From: an uncultured virus (IMG/VR IMGVR_UViG_3300049828_000286)
Lineage: Duplodnaviria > Heunggongvirae > Uroviricota > Caudoviricetes
Strand: one strand, 5' to 3'
Length of the DNA: 20,000 bases
IMG/VR virus record: IMGVR_UViG_3300049828_000286
Below the pieces are notes generated by a model that saw nothing but the letters and a program-made list of their open reading frames with translations, was not told the DNA's origin and made no database searches. Below, piece after piece: positions 15,833 to 20,000 of this stretch. The position numbers were made by a program, and so were the translations under genes. Every line of letters begins with the position of its first letter. Positions within the stretch are counted from its first letter, which is position 1.

Positions 15833-16345
15833 GGGGGTGCCGCAATGGGCCTCTCTCTGCCTACTGGGCTTGGAACCAGTAGTGCCCATTCCAGAGTGGC
15901 CAGCTAGCCTCTCAGTCGCTAGCCAGCCATTCTGTCCTCTGTGTTACTGAGAGAGGTCTCTTCCTAGCAGGCACCTTAGCTGCTAGAGTCGTGCCTTTTA
16001 CCGTCTGCGGCTGGTAAGCCTACCCGTGATTACTCAGCTGCTCATAACAGCTTTGCGGCCGATGTGGCCTATCCGGGGTCATGGCCAAGTGTCAGATTGG
16101 GTCAGCTGTATCAAGCTGGCCGTCTACCAGGGCTCGCCCTTTGGTCGGGTTACTGCGGTACGGTCGGACCTTAGACTTCCACGGTTATGTCTAACCGAGT
16201 CACTCAGGTCCTTGCTAACGAAACGGCGCTTATAGGGAGTCGCTATAAGGCCAGTTTCTGTACTGTGGCTCGGAATGGCTAGGCCCATTCCTCAAGCGCC
16301 ACAATATAGGGGGCAGTCGATAGCAGTTACACTACCCCCCACTCA
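15833..16345. ncRNA. candidate large structured non-coding RNA
   Basis: No credible ORF; 10 or more consecutive or nested stems. Confidence 0.45.
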
Positions 16346-16388
16346 GCAGTTAGGCACACTTCCCCCCTCCGATTTTTCCCCATGCCCC

Positions 16389-16419
16389 GCGCTTAAGCGG
16401 CCTGGAGGAATCGCAGTTT
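16389..16419. promoter_or_regulatory. bipartite motif copy 2
   Basis: GCGCTTAAGCGG-cctggagga-ATCGCAGTTT at the compositional boundary. Confidence 0.55.
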
Positions 16420-16969
16420 AGGAAGTAGGCCCATTGCCTACTCAGGCAGATCGGCTGGCCTGTCCTGCTGGCCTGTCCTGCCGTCCTGCCTGTCTTTGGC
16501 TGATCCCGTCCTTAGTCCGTTTTGGGACTACCAGCCCGCCAGCCTGCCTGCTGCTGACCTGCCAGCCGTCCATTCTGACGACTGCTCGGGATCTGCCTAT
16601 ACGTGAGTCTGCCTGTAGTGGCTGCCTGTAGCATCTACTCTGCTGCCAGCCTGCCTGCTGCTGCTATCGCAGATCGAGCCTACCGATCCGCCAGCCTGCC
16701 TGCTGCTGCTGTAGATGTCTGCCTGCCTGCCGTCCTGCCAGCCGTCCTGCTGCCTGCTGCTGGCTGTCCGGGCTGCTTAGTGACTCCACTAAACGATCCG
16801 GGCTGCCTGCCTGCCTGCTGCCTGTCCTGCTGGCCTACTGGCCTGCTCTGGCCTGTCTGCTGCTGTCCTGCCTGCCTTCCTGGCTGTCCTGCCTAGCCTG
16901 CCAGCCGTTCGGGCTGTAAGGCACAGTATTTGAACGGCTGCCAGCCGTCCTGCTGTGGCCTACAACAGC

Positions 16970-17012
16970 AAAAGGCAGGCAAGCAAACCCTGTCGGGCTG
17001 CCTGCCTGCCTT
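16970..17012 (-). terminator. intrinsic terminator after 17040-17396
   Basis: AAGGCAGGCAGGCA...TGCTTGCCTGCCTT stem running into TTTT on the minus strand. Confidence 0.6.
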
Positions 17013-17039
17013 AGTGGCCTATTTGGCCTGTCCTGCTGC

Positions 17040-17396
17040 CTAGAATCGGCTGGTGTCGATCACGGCTGCCTGCTTGGCTGGCCTGCTCGGCTGCTTGCTT
17101 GCACGGAAGGTGTCGTAGGCCTGCCGATCCATGATCAGGCCAGACTTGCATCGCGCCAATTCGCCTGCCTCAATCGCCGAATTGAGCAGTGACAGCCCGT
17201 CGGCGCTGAACTTCGATCCGAGGTACGTGACCGGGCTGATCTTGACTTCCCTGCCATCGGCGCGGCGGGCTGTCAGGAAGGGATAGGTCGCCCAAAGTGG
17301 CCTGATCCCGTTGAATCCCGATGCTGTGATAATGCGTCGGATCGTATCCGCTACGATCTTCGGGCTGGCTGCCTGCTGCTGCTGCTTCTTTGCCAT
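17040..17396 (-). CDS. hypothetical early protein
   Basis: AGGAG RBS, own promoter and terminator; globular-looking core. Confidence 0.75.
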   Translation of the reverse strand: MAKKQQQQAASPKIVADTIRRIITASGFNGIRPLWATYPFLTARRADGREVKISPVTYLGSKFSADGLSLLNSAIEAGELARCKSGLIMDRQAYDTFRASKQPSRPAKQAAVIDTSRF

Positions 17397-17535
17397 TGTG
17401 CCTTTTTCTCCTACCTTCCGGGCTGCCTGCTGGATTGCAAGATCAGCCCGGATACACTTCCGCCGTTAGACAGCCCGGAAACCTCACGGGCCAGCCAAAC
17501 CGACAGAAACATCAAAAGAACGAACCTCAATCACG

Positions 17536-17580
17536 ATCCTTGATCAGCCCGGACACACTGTCAACGTGTTTTTTGTGTGT
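17536..17580 (-). promoter_or_regulatory. sigma70-like promoter: A-tract, TTGACA-17-AAGGAT
   Basis: CACACAAAAAACACGTTGACAGTGTG shared with 19540-19565. Confidence 0.65.
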
Positions 17581-17596
17581 ATCCGGGCTGCCTGCT

Positions 17597-19309
17597 CTAT
17601 CTGGCCTGTCCCGTCCTATGTCCTGTCGCTGCTGGCTGGCGTCGTTTGACTGCTGTCGGGCTGCTGCCGATCCGGCTGTCTAGGCTGTCAACGTAGGCCT
17701 GCCGTTCGGCTGCTGCCTGCTCGGCCTGCTCGGCCTGCTCGGCTGTCCTATCTCCAGCCAGCAGATCGATCACATATTCGGCTGACTGCTGCTCCTGCTG
17801 GCTGCCTGTCATGCCGATTAGCCTGCCTTCCGGGATCACTGTCGGATCGGCCTGCCTGCTTTCATACGGTACAGACCACACATCAGACGTTCTGATCTGC
17901 TGACCTTCGATCCGTCTCACGGTAACGTATCGTTCTGCTGCTCGGCTGCTTCCACCTGGGAGAGGGATTCGGCCGGATCGGATTGACTCCTGTATGGCTG
18001 CTGCTGTGGCTGTTCCGATCTTGCCTGCTACCTGTCTGCCATCCTTGGCTGTTTGCAGCATGGCTGCTGCTGTCTGACTGGATACCAGCATCGCAGCCGT
18101 GGCAGGAGCGTATCCGGCTGCCTGCCGTGGCCTGCTCGGCCTGTATCCGTTAGCCTGCTGGCCTGCTGTCGGCTGGCCTGCCTTCCGTAGCGTCGGAGCA
18201 TCGATCACGGCTGCCTTGATCGTCCTGCCGTTTGGCTGGCCTGCTGCTGCCAGCCTGACAGCCTGCCGATCCGTGATCGTCGGATCGGTGACGACAACAG
18301 CCCGCACAATGGCAGCCCGATCCATGATCGCGGGCTGCTTGATCGGCCTATAGGCCTGATGTCGGAATGGCCTGACAGCATCGGCAGAGACACGATCATA
18401 TGGTCCCGATCCGTAGGCTGCCTGCTGCTCTGCCTGCCTGCCTGCCTGCCTGTATTCCCGATCTGCCCTATCCTGTCCGTTACGCTGTCGGGCTGCTGCC
18501 TGCTCGGCCTGCTGCTCGATCTTCGCTGCTGCTGTCTGCTTGCTTGCTAGCAGGTAGGCCAGCCGTCCTGCTGCTGTCCGTTCGGCTGCCAGCCGTTCGG
18601 CCTGCTGCCTGTCCTGCTCGGCCTGCTCGGCTGCCTGCTCGGCCTGCTGCTTGTCCTGCTCTGCCTTCCTGGCTGCCAGCCGAACGGCTGCTGCTGCGAT
18701 CTGCTGCCTGTCCTGCTCGGCCTGCTCGGCTGTCCTGTCCTGTAGCAGGCTGCTGCTTGGCCTGTCCTGCTTGGCCTGCTTGGCTGGCTGGCTGCTCGGC
18801 CTGTAGGCCTGCCCGATCCGAATGGTGCCGATCACGCCGACGGCTGCCAGCCTGCCGATCCATCGTTCGGCCTGCTGTCTGCTGGCTGCCTGCCTGCTGC
18901 TGCTGCTGCCGTGGCTGTAATAATGGACAACAAACCGGATCGGCCTGCTGGCCTGCTCGGCTGCTGTCCGTTCGGCCTGCTGCCTGTCCTGCTCGGCTGC
19001 CTGCTCTGTCCTTGCCTGCTCGGCCTGCTGGCTGGCCTGCTCGATCCGTACCTTCCGGGCTGCCAGCCGTTCGGCCTGCTTGGCCTGCTTGGCTGTCGGC
19101 TGCTGCTCGGCTGCTGCTGCCGTACCTCTGTCCTGCTGCTCGGCCTGCTCGGCTGCCAGCCATCGGCCGATCATGGCTTTTGCTTCCTTGAATGTGCTGC
19201 CAGCATCTACCGCAAGATCGCTGCCCTGCTCGACAATCGCCCAGCAATCCCTTGCGGTACGAACCACGATCCATCTCCCGATCACGTACTCGCCTGCTCT
19301 GACTTTCAT
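17597..19309 (-). CDS. 570 aa Ala/Gln/Arg-rich low-complexity protein
   Basis: 1.7 kb open frame; start MKVRAGEY follows GAAGGCAGGT; AEQ/QDRQQ/ERLAA repeats interspersed with non-repetitive segments. Confidence 0.6.
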   Translation of the reverse strand: MKVRAGEYVIGRWIVVRTARDCWAIVEQGSDLAVDAGSTFKEAKAMIGRWLAAEQAEQQDRGTAAAAEQQPTAKQAKQAERLAARKVRIEQASQQAEQARTEQAAEQDRQQAERTAAEQASRPIRFVVHYYSHGSSSSRQAASRQQAERWIGRLAAVGVIGTIRIGQAYRPSSQPAKQAKQDRPSSSLLQDRTAEQAEQDRQQIAAAAVRLAARKAEQDKQQAEQAAEQAEQDRQQAERLAAERTAAGRLAYLLASKQTAAAKIEQQAEQAAARQRNGQDRADREYRQAGRQAEQQAAYGSGPYDRVSADAVRPFRHQAYRPIKQPAIMDRAAIVRAVVVTDPTITDRQAVRLAAAGQPNGRTIKAAVIDAPTLRKAGQPTAGQQANGYRPSRPRQAAGYAPATAAMLVSSQTAAAMLQTAKDGRQVAGKIGTATAAAIQESIRSGRIPLPGGSSRAAERYVTVRRIEGQQIRTSDVWSVPYESRQADPTVIPEGRLIGMTGSQQEQQSAEYVIDLLAGDRTAEQAEQAEQAAAERQAYVDSLDSRIGSSPTAVKRRQPAATGHRTGQAR

Positions 19310-19313
19310 GCTG

Positions 19314-19466
19314 CTACCTGCCTTCCGGGCTGCTGTCCTGCCGTTTGTCCTGCTGTCCGATGGTAAGCCATTCGAGCCAAGCAAGCATAAGGTCAGCCTG
19401 CTCGGCTGTCGGCTGCCTGCTGCTGCTGTAGATGTCTGCTGCTGCCTGCTGCTGCTGCTGACTCAT
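19314..19466 (-). CDS. 50 aa protein MSQQQQQAAADIYSSSRQPTAEQADLMLAWLEWL...
   Basis: Own translation; GGAAGGT RBS; lies between the promoter and the long ORF. Confidence 0.5.
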   Translation of the reverse strand: MSQQQQQAAADIYSSSRQPTAEQADLMLAWLEWLTIGQQDKRQDSSPEGR

Positions 19467-19520
19467 ACCTTCCCGCCTTCCTCTGCCTGCCTGCTAGGCC
19501 AATCCCTAACAGGTAGGCGC

Positions 19521-19565
19521 AGCCTACCTGTAGGGATTGCACACTGTCAACGTGTTTTTTGTGTG
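19521..19565 (-). promoter_or_regulatory. sigma70-like promoter: A-tract, TTGACA-18-TAGGCT
   Basis: Same 26-bp upstream block as the 17536-17580 promoter. Confidence 0.65.
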
Positions 19566-19903
19566 GCCTGCTCGGCTGCCCTGCTGCTCGGCCTGCTGGC
19601 TGTCCTATATGTCTGCTGTCCTGGGTCGGCTGCCTGCTGTCGCTGGCCTGTCCCTTTGGCTTACCTGCCAGCCGTCAAATGGTCATAAGTCAAAGTGATA
19701 ACAGGTAGGCCGATCATACAAAGTCATCCTAGGATCGGAAAACTCATTAGAGCCACCACGAACGGCAGGCAGGCAAGGGTAAGAGTCGCACTAACCGAAA
19801 GAAACTTTTAGCCGGGCATCCTAGCTCGTTCTAGGCCTATTGTGCTTTTCCTTCGCTTTCGTGCCGTTTTCGCCTGTTTTCCTTGACTTTGTGCGGCAGA
19901 GGC

Positions 19904-19920
19904 AATTGGTCGGACCAATT
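19904..19920. promoter_or_regulatory. GntR/FadR-subfamily (PdhR/LldR-type) operator-like palindrome
   Basis: AATTGGTC-G-GACCAATT fits the PdhR consensus AATTGGTnnnACCAATT. Confidence 0.6.
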
Positions 19921-19930
19921 TCGTGTCAAT

Positions 19931-19977
19931 CCACATAATCTAGTGTGCCTTGCGATGCCGACCACAATATCTAGTAG
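19931..19977. promoter_or_regulatory. tandem NrdR-box-like sites
   Basis: CCACATAATCTAGTGT (19931) and CCACAATATCTAGTAG (19962), 31 bp apart; NrdR consensus acaCwAtATaTwGtg; TTGACA follows at 19978. Confidence 0.6.
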
Positions 19978-20000
19978 TTGACAGTGCCCGACAAGTGTGA

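Larger units (their letters stand above)
16430..19680 (+). repeat. strand-biased low-complexity mosaic of CTGC/CCTG/GGCTG/CTGTC/CTCGG words, GATC-rich
   Basis: Directly visible in both coding and non-coding parts. Confidence 0.9.

Noticed and set aside
15833..16345. tmRNA, RNase P RNA or group I intron
   Set aside because: The GGGGGTG start is tmRNA-like, but there is no T-arm (TTCGA) or CCA-type 3' end. I found no GAGGAAAGTCC RNase P core and no convincing group I P7 elements.
16430..19680. CRISPR array or fixed-period tandem repeat
   Set aside because: No constant repeat with unique spacers and no stable period; no cas genes in the window.
16434..19688. Plus-strand and alternate-frame ORFs rich in C/L/P/A or G/R/S
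   Set aside because: They result from stop-poor repeat DNA and lack RBS or promoter support.
19674..19706. GTCAAA/GTCATA direct repeats as a CtsR-type operator
   Set aside because: Spacing is irregular and the match too short to support a call.

Overview
This window looks like the early/accessory arm of a large, GC-rich dsDNA bacteriophage; no structural, replication or host housekeeping genes are visible. Positions 1-15750 hold about 50 small, tightly packed minus-strand ORFs, often with ATGA/TGATG overlaps. Recognisable products are a DUF6915-like protein, three SpoVG-like paralogs, a calcineurin-like metallophosphoesterase, an AAA_33-type P-loop kinase, a CxxCxGxG zinc finger, an L7/L12-CTD-like protein and tandem paralog sets. 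The most striking signal is a short helical motif, roughly [LIFV]-[IV]-A-x-x-[LIMF], carried by about 15 otherwise unrelated small proteins, mostly at a terminus. Positions 15830-16390 are non-coding and densely hairpinned (candidate large ncRNA), bracketed by two copies of a bipartite motif. From about 16420 to 19680 the composition switches abruptly to a strand-biased CTG-word mosaic rich in GATC, containing three ORFs and two hairpin-embedded sigma70-like promoters. The last 100 bp carry a PdhR/FadR-type palindrome and a tandem pair of NrdR-box-like sites. All family assignments come from recalled motifs, and all counts are by eye; no searches were run.
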